Virus record (IMG/VR): IMGVR_UViG_3300037424_001256
Location: 1-64,000 of that record
Length of the DNA stretch: 64,000 nt
Source of the DNA: a virus
Lineage: Duplodnaviria > Caudoviricetes
Strand: one strand, 5' to 3'
The notes under the pieces are model-generated. The model saw only the letters and a program-made list of their open reading frames with translations. It made no database searches and was not told where the DNA came from. A program made the translations under genes and the position numbers. This document shows, piece by piece, positions 37,702 to 46,550 of the stretch (positions are counted from its first letter, which is position 1; each line of letters starts with the position of its first letter).

Positions 37702-39052
37702 TTGAAAGATTTAATATCAAACTTAAGTAGGTTAAGTAAAGAGCAGAAAGCAAAGTTCATAGAAAGCTTGAGCCCTGAAGAACTTATAAACATTGCCTAC
37801 GATTGGGAGGGGGTGTTCGCTCGTCCCAGCCAATTAGAACCAGCCGGGGATTGGACCTATTGGTTGATCCTAGCTGGTCGTGGCTGGGGTTAGCTAACCT
37901 ATAGGCAAAACTAAAACTGCTGGCGAATGGATAAGAAAAAGAATATATACAGGAGAAAGCAGACATCTTGCGTTAATTGCTCCAAGGGCAGCAGATATCC
38001 GGGATGTTATGATAGAAGGGCCAAGTGGCTTGCTTAATTGTTTCGAGCCAAGTCATAGACCAATTTACGAACCTTCAAAGAGAAGAGTAACATTTCATAC
38101 TGGAGCTACGGCAATAACTTATTCCGGTGATGAACCAGATCAATTGCGCGGCCCCAATATAGACTCATTTTGGGTCGATGAGTTGGCGGCGTGTAGGTTG
38201 CAGAAAGAGATCATGGAAATGCTTGCCTTTTGCTTGAGAATTGGTTCTAATCCAAGAGGTATAATTACCACAACTCCAAAACCAACAGTCACCGTTAAGG
38301 GGTTGGTAAGACAAAAAAATGTAGTAGTAACAAGAGGTTCAACTTTTGAAAACAGGGATAACTTATCACCTGTTTTTTTTGACTCCATTATTGGAAAGTA
38401 CGAAAATACGCGTATTGGCAGACAAGAGTTGATGGGTGAAATACTGGAAGATAACCCAAAAGCTCTTTGGAAGAGTAGCGAAATAGACCAGCATAGGGTA
38501 AGTAAAGCACCTATCTTTAGAAGAATTGTTATTGGCGTTGATCCAGCGATTAGCGCAAATAAAAAGTCTGACGAAACAGGAATTGTTGCAGTTGCAAAAG
38601 GAGTGGATGATCATTTCTACGTCTTAGATGATCATTCTTGCAAGGAAACTCCCTCTAAGTGGGGTAAGGCTATCTGCAATCTATATGATAAATGGGAGGC
38701 AGACAAAGTTATTGGAGAGGTTAATCAGGGTGGAGATATGGTTTCTTATGTCATCAAGAACATTGATCCTTTGATTAACTTCAAATCAGTCCGGGCAACA
38801 AGAGGTAAGAAACTTAGAGCTGAGCCTGTAGCTAGCCTCTACGAATCTGGAAAAGTTCACCATTTAGGAGTATTTCCAGAACTTGAAACACAAATGGTAG
38901 AGTGGAATCCAGAGGAAGATACAGGATCTCCCGATAGAATAGATGCCTTATGTTGGGCAATTTGGGAATTGATGGATCTTAAAAAGAAGGGCATAGGTAA
39001 ATACAATCCTAGTGGAATAACTGATTTCAAAAGAGAAAGTCCAAATATGTAG
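37702..39052 (+). CDS. terL: terminase large subunit interrupted by a 16-nt insertion (stop + frameshift) in Walker A
   Basis: 37702-37890 ends LILAGRGWG; frame resumes GGC AAA ACT at 37904 (GKTKTAGEW) into ORF 38009-39052 with WVDELAA, GVDP, DETGI, ESGKVHH, PDRIDA. Confidence 0.88.
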
Positions 39053-39079
39053 GAAAAATCATAAGAATATTACTGTAAT

Positions 39080-39304
39080 GTGGAGGTGAGAAAAGTGGAA
39101 CAGTTATTAGAACACTGGAAACAGATGGTTTTTATAGTTAATCAGGAACAACGAATCGAGAAAGAGTGTCAGTATAATGGCATAGATTTTAATGTTGTTA
39201 TGCAATTAGCTGATTCGACTCACTGGAGCTTACAGAAAACATTTGATTTTTGCCTTCGGAATAAGGAGGCGATGCAAGAATGGCCTTGCCAAAAGATCCT
39301 ATAA
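39080..39304 (+). CDS. hypothetical protein
   Basis: 74-aa ORF between terL and portal. Confidence 0.45.
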   Translation: MEVRKVEQLLEHWKQMVFIVNQEQRIEKECQYNGIDFNVVMQLADSTHWSLQKTFDFCLRNKEAMQEWPCQKIL

Positions 39305-40593
39305 AACCAAATAAGAAAATTAGTCCTCAGATAGCTACAAAAGAGCTTGGCAGAACTGGCCTAATAGAATATTCGGGATTTGTTTACGAGGAACAATTAA
39401 AGCAATTATCCAGTTATCAGACAAGAATAAGAATTTACCGGGAAATGTCTGAGAATGATAGTGTAATTGGTTCCATTTTATTCGTCATTGATATGTTGAT
39501 TAGGCAAGTATTATGGAGAGTTCAAGCTGGGGGCTCAAGTGCTGAAGATCAAGAAGCAAAAGAATTTCTAGAGAGTTGTCTGCTGGATATGTCTTCCACT
39601 TGGGAAGATACCATTTCTGAAATCATGTCCTTTCTTGTCTACGGTTATTCTTACCATGAAATAGTTTATAAAAGGAGGATGGGAAATAGTTTAGATCCTA
39701 CAAAAAATAGTAGATTTAATGATGGTCGAATAGGTTGGAGAAAATTGCCCATAAGAGCACAAGATACATTATGGCGCTGGAACCTTGATGAACATGGTGG
39801 TATTCACGGCATGGTTCAACAAGCTCCACCAGATTATAGCCTCAGGGAAATACCTATGGAAAAAGCACTTCTTTTTAGGACTGGAATTCATAAAGGAAAT
39901 CCTGAAGGTAGATCAATATTAAGAACAAGCTATCGTACATGGTATATAAAAAAACGTATTGAAACTTATGAAGCTATCGGCGTGGAGAGAGAATTAGCTG
40001 GTTATCCAGTTTGTTATGTTCCGGTAGAGTGGACAGATGAGAATGCTACTCCGGGGGAAAAGCAAGCATATCAACAAATGAAAAATTTAGTAACCAATAT
40101 CAGGAGAGATGAACAAGAGGGAGCGGTACTACCTTCTATCTATGATGAGCAAAATAATCAGTTGGTAAAACTTGAACTATTAACTTCTGGTGGTAGGCGT
40201 ACTTTTGATACCAATCAAATTATTAATAGATTAGATCAGCGTCTTGCTATGACGGTTATGGCAGATTTTATATTACTTGGTATTTTGCCAAATGGTTCCT
40301 ATGCACTAAGCGCCGATAAATCAAAATTATTCAGTATAGCTCTAGGGACATGGCTTGACTCTATAGCAGCTACTTTTAATCGGTATGCTATTCCAAGACT
40401 ATTTGAATTAAATAATTTTAATGTTGATAAATTACCCACGCTGGAACATGGAGACATTCAACATAATGATCTAAAAGAGCTTGGTAATTATATTTCTAAA
40501 TTAGCTGGTGCTGGAGCGCCACTATTCCCAGATAATGAACTCGAAGATTTCTTAAAGAAAACAGCAGGATTACCTGTTACACCTAGAGATTAA
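39280..40593 (+). CDS. portal protein (DUF935-like)
   Basis: Position after terL; DGRIGWRKLPIRAQ, GNPEGRSILR, GVERELAGYP, SYALSADK. Confidence 0.85.
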   Translation: MALPKDPIKPNKKISPQIATKELGRTGLIEYSGFVYEEQLKQLSSYQTRIRIYREMSENDSVIGSILFVIDMLIRQVLWRVQAGGSSAEDQEAKEFLESCLLDMSSTWEDTISEIMSFLVYGYSYHEIVYKRRMGNSLDPTKNSRFNDGRIGWRKLPIRAQDTLWRWNLDEHGGIHGMVQQAPPDYSLREIPMEKALLFRTGIHKGNPEGRSILRTSYRTWYIKKRIETYEAIGVERELAGYPVCYVPVEWTDENATPGEKQAYQQMKNLVTNIRRDEQEGAVLPSIYDEQNNQLVKLELLTSGGRRTFDTNQIINRLDQRLAMTVMADFILLGILPNGSYALSADKSKLFSIALGTWLDSIAATFNRYAIPRLFELNNFNVDKLPTLEHGDIQHNDLKELGNYISKLAGAGAPLFPDNELEDFLKKTAGLPVTPRD

Positions 40594-40614
40594 TAGCCAT
40601 GAGGGGGAAATTTC

Positions 40615-40905
40615 ATGGGTTTCAAGGGTTTCAGTAATACGAAAACGAGAACTATAGCTGAAGCTTACTTTATCATCGAAAACGAAGCTACTATAAGAGC
40701 AACAGCATCTGCTTTTGGGGTTAGTAAGAGTACGGTCCACCGCGATATAAGGACTCATCTCGAAGATCTCGATCTAGTTCTTTACAATAAAGTGAGAGAT
40801 ATCATTAGCTTAAATTTAGCAGAACGACATATCAGGGGTGGTCAGGCTACAAAGCTTAAAAAGTTCAAAGAGTCATCTACTAAAAGTCTTGAGAGGAGAT
40901 CTTGA
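40615..40905 (+). CDS. spoIIID: SpoIIID-family sporulation transcription regulator
   Basis: TIRATASAFGVSKSTVHRDI...RHIRGGQATK, matching SpoIIID GVSKSTVHKD...RHLRGGEAT. Confidence 0.88.
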   Translation: MGFKGFSNTKTRTIAEAYFIIENEATIRATASAFGVSKSTVHRDIRTHLEDLDLVLYNKVRDIISLNLAERHIRGGQATKLKKFKESSTKSLERRS

Positions 40906-40909
40906 CACC

Positions 40910-41113
40910 TTGAATGGAGGAAATTTAGAATATCTAAAGAAAGAACCAATTATACATCCAAGTACCATAAACCTCAAAGCTGTAAGATGTCCGATTTGTA
41001 ATCATCTACTTGGTTTTGTAGATGGAAGATCACAAATTAAATGCCACAAGTGTAAGTACCTACACTTGTCAGATGATACTAGAGTAGCGCCGACTACCAA
41101 TGCATTGATTTAA
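40910..41113 (+). CDS. Mu Com-like zinc-ribbon regulator
   Basis: GAGGAG RBS + TTG; VRCPICNHLL..IKCHKCK. Confidence 0.65.
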   Translation: MNGGNLEYLKKEPIIHPSTINLKAVRCPICNHLLGFVDGRSQIKCHKCKYLHLSDDTRVAPTTNALI

Positions 41114-41145
41114 TAAAGTGCATTTGGTTAGTCGGCGCTTTTTAT
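41086..41145 (+). terminator. rho-independent terminator
   Basis: AGCGCCGACTA...TAGTCGGCGCT followed by a T run. Confidence 0.7.
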
Positions 41146-41167
41146 TTTTGAGAGAGAGGAGAGATGA

Positions 41168-42631
41168 GTGATGCATGTTCAGGAGTATTTAGATGTAGTC
41201 TTAGATACTCTCAAAAAATTTATTCCAAAAGAAACATTTGATAAAATTAATGAAATAGCAGTTCCAGAGGAGATCATAAAGGGAGTGACACCTTTTAGGG
41301 ATCTCCCACTTGCTGATAGAGAGATGGAGTGGGATGGATCACAGGCAGATAAAAATATTAGGGAATGGGCCGGGGGCGATGATAAGGAAAATATAAATTG
41401 GAGTAAGTATAGCCAAGGGTTCTTATGGGTTGATGATGAAAATAAGGAATCTTTTGGTGGATATAAGTTTCCAATTGCTAATGTAATTGAAGGTAAATTA
41501 ACAGCAATACCGAGAGGAATATTCGCTTCTGCAGGAGTTCTCAATGGTGCCATGTTAGAGGGAGGAGTATCCCAGATAAATGTTCCAAGTGAAGATATAC
41601 AAGGTATGAAAAATCACGTTGACCGTTATTATGCAAAAATGAGAGAAACTTGGGATGATGATAAATTAGTTAGTCCATTCAAAAAGGAAACAGATATTGT
41701 TGAAAAAATAAATGATCGAGTGCGAATGGTGAAGAGTTCAGGTAAGCCAAATTCTGAAATAGCATTTGTCGGAGCTTCACCGGGAAAGATTGAATACTTA
41801 AGAGGTGAAGCGTTTGTTGGACCATGTGGAGAAACATTCAATGAATCATACATTAAGCCATTAGGATTAAGTCGTGAAGATGTATTTCTAACAAATGCTG
41901 TCCCTACGCTATTGATTGATGACTTCGGAAATGTCAGGGAGCCAACAGATATTGAGGTCGGGGATTGGCATGGATGGTTGGATGGTGAATTAGAAAGAGC
42001 TAATCCAAAAGTAATAGTGGCCTTGGGTCAAAAGGCAAAAAAAGCCCTTGGAGAAGATGTTGATTTTGTCTTACCACACCCTATGGCAATCCGAAGATTT
42101 AGTGATTCTGGTGAAGTAGGTAGAAAACTGAAACAGATAAAGCTTAAACTAGACGAAATTAATAAGGGATTGCCAAGTGTAGGTGATGTTCATATAGATT
42201 CCACTAATTGGAAAAGACCTAAGAGAAACAAATCTAGTATCCAAAAAGATGAAATTATCTATGCCGATATAATCAAGGCCGATATAGAAAAGAAACTTGT
42301 ATATGGCATAGTTTTAGAGCCGGGAAGTGTCGATGCTCAGAATGACACAATAAGCGCAGATGAGATAGAAAGATCTGCACATATGTATTTAAGGGATTCC
42401 AGAGTTGTTGGAGAGTCACACAAGGGTAAAGCTGGAGCAAATGTCGTGGAGAGTTATATTGCTCCTGTAGACTTTACTCTTGGTGGTCAAAACGTGTCTA
42501 AGGGAACATGGATAATGGTCGCTAAAATCAATGATGAAAAACTTTGGAATGACACGAAAGACAAAAAATTCAATGGTTTTTCGATAGGGGGATTTTCTAG
42601 GAGAATCCCAGTAGATAAACCAGTCAGCTAA
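41168..42631 (+). CDS. XkdF-like prohead serine protease fused to a uracil-DNA-glycosylase-like domain
   Basis: Middle: IAFVGASPG..FVGPCG..VFLTNAV..PKVIVALG..LPHP; C-term: LVYGIVLEP..DAQND..H..VESYIAP..GTW..NGFSIGG. Confidence 0.8.
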   Translation: MMHVQEYLDVVLDTLKKFIPKETFDKINEIAVPEEIIKGVTPFRDLPLADREMEWDGSQADKNIREWAGGDDKENINWSKYSQGFLWVDDENKESFGGYKFPIANVIEGKLTAIPRGIFASAGVLNGAMLEGGVSQINVPSEDIQGMKNHVDRYYAKMRETWDDDKLVSPFKKETDIVEKINDRVRMVKSSGKPNSEIAFVGASPGKIEYLRGEAFVGPCGETFNESYIKPLGLSREDVFLTNAVPTLLIDDFGNVREPTDIEVGDWHGWLDGELERANPKVIVALGQKAKKALGEDVDFVLPHPMAIRRFSDSGEVGRKLKQIKLKLDEINKGLPSVGDVHIDSTNWKRPKRNKSSIQKDEIIYADIIKADIEKKLVYGIVLEPGSVDAQNDTISADEIERSAHMYLRDSRVVGESHKGKAGANVVESYIAPVDFTLGGQNVSKGTWIMVAKINDEKLWNDTKDKKFNGFSIGGFSRRIPVDKPVS

Positions 42632-42635
42632 GGGG

Positions 42636-43556
42636 GTGACACAAATTAATATTACTGAACTTAAGGGTTTAAACGTTGAAGAAATATCTTTAGTAGCTAA
42701 ACCAGCAAACGAAAGGATATTCTTACTTTTAAAACAAGAAGGAGGGTCCACCTTGGATCAATTGGATGATGTCTTGAAATCACTTGCTGAGCTAGATATT
42801 GATCTAGAGAATGCTGAAAGCATCGAAGATATCATGAAAAAGATGAAGTTGAGTGAAAAGGCTTCTAAGGCTTGCAAAGGTGCTCTCAAACTAATGTCGG
42901 CATATAAGGAAGAAATGCCGAAAAGCTTCATGGAAAAGCTGATTAGCATGGCTGGTTATGGTGATATGGAAGAAGAAGAAGTGGAAATGCAAAAACCAGC
43001 AAAACCAAAAGGAGGAAAAGAAATGCCTAAAACAACCCCTGTTGTCGAGGAAAAAAAGAGGATGAAGAAAGAAGACGGGTCATTAGATTTTGATGCCATT
43101 CCTGAAGAGTCACGGGAACTTGTTCAGATGCTTTGGAAAGAACATGAAACCGCAGTTCAAAAGGCTCAAAAACTTGAGACTGACCTTAAAATTGAACGAG
43201 ATATCAGGGTTACTAAAGAATTCCAAGATAGAGGGAAGGGATTCCCCAATATCGGTACAGCCGAAGTGGTTGGCGATGTCTTGAGAAAAGCCTTTGACGT
43301 TTCCGATGAATACGGAAATCAATTAGAAGTAATTCTCAGAGATGCTAATACCAAGATTGAAAAATCGGAACTGTTTATCGAGAAGGGAACCAGTGCAAGA
43401 AGTATCGCCGATAGTTCATGGGCTAAGATCGAAGAACTTGCAAAAAGTATGGTCACTAAGGGTCAGGGTCAGACAATGGCACAAGCCATTGATAGAGTTT
43501 TGGCTGAAAATCCTCTACTCTACGAAGAATACACCAAAGAAAGGAGCGGTAAATAA
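42636..43556 (+). CDS. capsid scaffolding protein
   Basis: EEISLVAKPAN start, acidic/coiled-coil body, position before head genes. Confidence 0.7.
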   Translation: MTQINITELKGLNVEEISLVAKPANERIFLLLKQEGGSTLDQLDDVLKSLAELDIDLENAESIEDIMKKMKLSEKASKACKGALKLMSAYKEEMPKSFMEKLISMAGYGDMEEEEVEMQKPAKPKGGKEMPKTTPVVEEKKRMKKEDGSLDFDAIPEESRELVQMLWKEHETAVQKAQKLETDLKIERDIRVTKEFQDRGKGFPNIGTAEVVGDVLRKAFDVSDEYGNQLEVILRDANTKIEKSELFIEKGTSARSIADSSWAKIEELAKSMVTKGQGQTMAQAIDRVLAENPLLYEEYTKERSGK

Positions 43557-43957
43557 TGGCTTACGATATCAGAAATTTAAGCTTCTCTCTGATTGCATCA
43601 AGTAGCTACACAACTAGCCAATATAAAGCTGTCTTTGCATCAACTGCTACAGCGGATAATTTCGTAATCCTCGGAACTACAGTTGGAAATAGGATTCCTG
43701 TTGGAATTCTTCAGAATAATCCCGGCAATGGGGAATCAGGAGAGATTTGGGTTCCCGGATGTATTTCTAAAATAATTACTGGTGGGATCATTTCTCTTGG
43801 GAAAACATTTTATATTAAGGGCAATGGGAGAGCTTATAGTAGCACTGGCACTAACCCTTCTGCGAGATCTTTCCTTTATGGACCTACCCTTGAAGCTGCG
43901 TCAGCATCTTCGGATGTTATTACGGTCAGTTTTAATACCATAGGGACAACAACCTAA
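43556..43957 (+). CDS. capsid cement/decoration protein, Ser/Thr-rich
   Basis: VGILQNNPGNGE; position before the MCP. Confidence 0.65.
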   Translation: MAYDIRNLSFSLIASSSYTTSQYKAVFASTATADNFVILGTTVGNRIPVGILQNNPGNGESGEIWVPGCISKIITGGIISLGKTFYIKGNGRAYSSTGTNPSARSFLYGPTLEAASASSDVITVSFNTIGTTT

Positions 43958-43985
43958 TTAAATTGTTTGTAAAAATTTAAGATTT

Positions 43986-44045
43986 AGCACGGTCTAGGGC
44001 ATTGCCCGAAATTACTGAATCCCCCCCAGTAAGACCGTGCTTTTT
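43986..44045 (+). terminator. three-way-junction hairpin followed by a T tract, between cement and MCP genes
   Basis: AGCACGGTCT/AGACCGTGCT closing stem with GGGCA-t-TGCCC and TTACTG..CAGTAA sub-hairpins. Confidence 0.55.
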
Positions 44046-44133
44046 GTTTGCCTTTTTAGGGGGTTTTTATTCCACGTGAACATCGTTTTATGTAAATTTA
44101 AATTTATGAAAATTGGAATAAATTGAAGAAGGA

Positions 44134-45117
44134 GTGAGTAATTTGGGAAATCCTACCATATCCGACGTACATGTCGATAGGGCATTGACCAACATTTCCA
44201 TTGCGTATATCCAAGATACCGAACGCAATTTCATTGCTAATAAAGTTTTCCCTATAGTTCCAGTTAATAACAAAAGTGACAAATACTTCATATTTTCGCA
44301 AGCAGATTTTTTTAGAAATGAGGCAAAGGTAAGGGCACCGGGAGCCGAAACTGCTGGTGGAGGTTATAGGCTTAGTACCGATAATTACTCTTGTGATGTA
44401 CTCGGATACCATGCGGATCTCGACGACCAAACAAGAGCAAATGCAGATCAACCATTACAACTTGAGAGATCCCACACCATTTATGTAACACAACAAATTC
44501 TGCTTAAACGTGAAGTTGAATGGGTTAGTCATTTCTTCACAACTGGCTTATGGACCGGATCTACAACGGGTACAGATCTAGTTGGTGGCGTAGACTTTAC
44601 TCAATGGGACAATATCGTTAGTACGCCTATTGAGGATATCACCCAACAAGCTGATAGCATTTCTCGAAAAACTGGATATCGTCCAAATTGTCTGGTTCTT
44701 GGCCCAGAAGTATACACTACCCTCAAAAATCATCCAGATATTCTTGACCGTGTTAAATATACCCAAAGGGGGATTATCACGGAAGATATCTTAGCGGTAC
44801 TATTTGATGTTGACCGAGTTCTTGTTCCTAGAGCTGTACAAAATACAGCAAATGAAAATACTACTGCTTCATATGCATTTATTTATGGGAAAAATGCCTT
44901 CCTTGGATACGCAGCACCAGCACCCGGATTGTATCAGCCATCGGCTGGTTATATGTTTACTTGGCAGGGTCTATTCGGAGCTGGAGCAGAAGGTGTCCGT
45001 ATGAAAAACTTCAGAGTAGAAGTAAATGCATCTAATCGTATTGAGGGAGAAGCTGCTTGGTCAATGAAAGTTGTTGGAGCAGATTTGGGATGCTTCTTCT
45101 CATCTGCTATAGCTTAG
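44134..45117 (+). CDS. major capsid protein
   Basis: 327 aa; HVDRALTNISIAY, VFPIVPV, YRPNCLVLG, HPDILDRVKY; follows scaffold and cement. Confidence 0.85.
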   Translation: MSNLGNPTISDVHVDRALTNISIAYIQDTERNFIANKVFPIVPVNNKSDKYFIFSQADFFRNEAKVRAPGAETAGGGYRLSTDNYSCDVLGYHADLDDQTRANADQPLQLERSHTIYVTQQILLKREVEWVSHFFTTGLWTGSTTGTDLVGGVDFTQWDNIVSTPIEDITQQADSISRKTGYRPNCLVLGPEVYTTLKNHPDILDRVKYTQRGIITEDILAVLFDVDRVLVPRAVQNTANENTTASYAFIYGKNAFLGYAAPAPGLYQPSAGYMFTWQGLFGAGAEGVRMKNFRVEVNASNRIEGEAAWSMKVVGADLGCFFSSAIA

Positions 45118-45134
45118 GCATAAATATTAGGGTA

Positions 45135-45187
45135 TGGAATAAAAATGACTCAAAAACTTAGTTGTTGATGAGTCATTTTTTATTCCA
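45135..45187. terminator. long inverted repeat after the MCP gene
   Basis: TGGAATAAAAATGACTCA...TGAGTCATTTTTTATTCCA. Confidence 0.6.
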
Positions 45188-45204
45188 ATACCATTTCCAT
45201 TTTT

Positions 45205-45606
45205 ATGGAGGTGAAATCATTAATGGGGTTTGAAAAAGAACAACGTCCAGCCATGAAGACGTTTGATGAAAGATATAGAATTCAGGCAGTAACAAGTACA
45301 GGAACAACAATTCTTGGCTATGGAGTTACTACTCTATCGTCTACTAAAGCGGGTACTCTAACATTTATGATAGATCCACCACTCTATGCAGGAGTAGATA
45401 AGACTATTATTGCATTACTTCAGTCAGGTTCATCTTCATTGTTTAGAGTAATTCCAAATACTACAACTGTAACATTTAGGTCAACCGGAGCAGGAACTAG
45501 AGCGTGTGCATTTAGCTCTACTGGAGAATCGGCTCAATTTATTGCAACATCTGCACTTAGGTACCATTGTGTATCGAATATGGGATCAACTTTTGGATCA
45601 TCTTAA
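45205..45606 (+). CDS. Ser/Thr-rich putative head accessory protein
   Basis: Paralogous to the C-terminal domain of 45649-46536; ends STFGSS. Confidence 0.65.
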   Translation: MEVKSLMGFEKEQRPAMKTFDERYRIQAVTSTGTTILGYGVTTLSSTKAGTLTFMIDPPLYAGVDKTIIALLQSGSSSLFRVIPNTTTVTFRSTGAGTRACAFSSTGESAQFIATSALRYHCVSNMGSTFGSS

Positions 45607-45648
45607 GGGTAAAATTATGAAACAATGAGGAAAGGAGGAGAATTATAA

Positions 45649-46536
45649 ATGGGCAATGAGTATATAAAAAGACCGATTTTTTCTAATATGTTAAGGAATC
45701 TTCCGTCAACTGATAGCTATCTACTTTCAGATGGAGATATTATCCTACATTTGCGTTCTACTGCTGGGGTTACAAGTGTAAAGATATTAGATAGCTCAAC
45801 TAATGTAGTTGCTAGTATTAATTCTGCTGGTGCTGCCAGTTTCTCAGGTTTAGCTGCTACGAGCGATTTCGATGTAACTGGAAGTTTCTCTGTTAATACA
45901 GATGATTTTGTCGTTTCAGTAACATCTGATATATCAATGAAGCCAACTGGTGGAAATTTCAGAATTACGTTAGGTGATGCAGTAGGGGCAAAAAAATTAT
46001 TTATCAAAGATTCGGCAAATAGTACAGTAGCAACAATTGATTCAGATGGCACAGCTACAGTAGTTAAATTAACAGCTAGTAGTGATATTTCTGGTCAATC
46101 GGTCAGTGCAACGAGCAATCTTTCTGGTGTTCACGTAACAGCAAGCTCTAATTTCGTAGGCACTGGCTTCGTACAAGGTGGTGGTGGTTTTGTTGATAGC
46201 TATTTGGCTAAGACAACTGCTACAGTCGGAACGGCTATCACAAATAAAGGTTTTACATCATTGGCCCAAGCCAATACAACCCAAGTGACTTGGACGTTGG
46301 CAGATCCAACGGCAGCAGGATTTACTAAAACAATTTTTGTGCTCAGTCAGACTGGTACTACGGCGAGAACTTTTATATTACCAGCATCAACGAAGACTGT
46401 CTTTTCTTCATCTCAAGGATCTACTGGTAGAAAAATTACGTTCGATGATCCGAGGGAATCAGTTTCGATGGTGAGCGCATCGACAACTACGTGGTTAGTT
46501 TACAATAGTCAATTCGCTACATTTGGATCGTCTTAA
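45649..46536 (+). CDS. Ser/Thr-rich putative head fibre/decoration protein
   Basis: AGGAGG RBS; beta-rich, many S/T; ends ATFGSS. Confidence 0.7.
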   Translation: MGNEYIKRPIFSNMLRNLPSTDSYLLSDGDIILHLRSTAGVTSVKILDSSTNVVASINSAGAASFSGLAATSDFDVTGSFSVNTDDFVVSVTSDISMKPTGGNFRITLGDAVGAKKLFIKDSANSTVATIDSDGTATVVKLTASSDISGQSVSATSNLSGVHVTASSNFVGTGFVQGGGGFVDSYLAKTTATVGTAITNKGFTSLAQANTTQVTWTLADPTAAGFTKTIFVLSQTGTTARTFILPASTKTVFSSSQGSTGRKITFDDPRESVSMVSASTTTWLVYNSQFATFGSS

Positions 46537-46550
46537 TCACAACCTAATAA

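Noticed and set aside
37889-37904. The terL insert as an intron (one register reads GT...AG)
   Set aside because: 16 nt cannot hold a group I/II core, no in-frame register gives U|...G group I boundaries, and bacteria lack spliceosomes.
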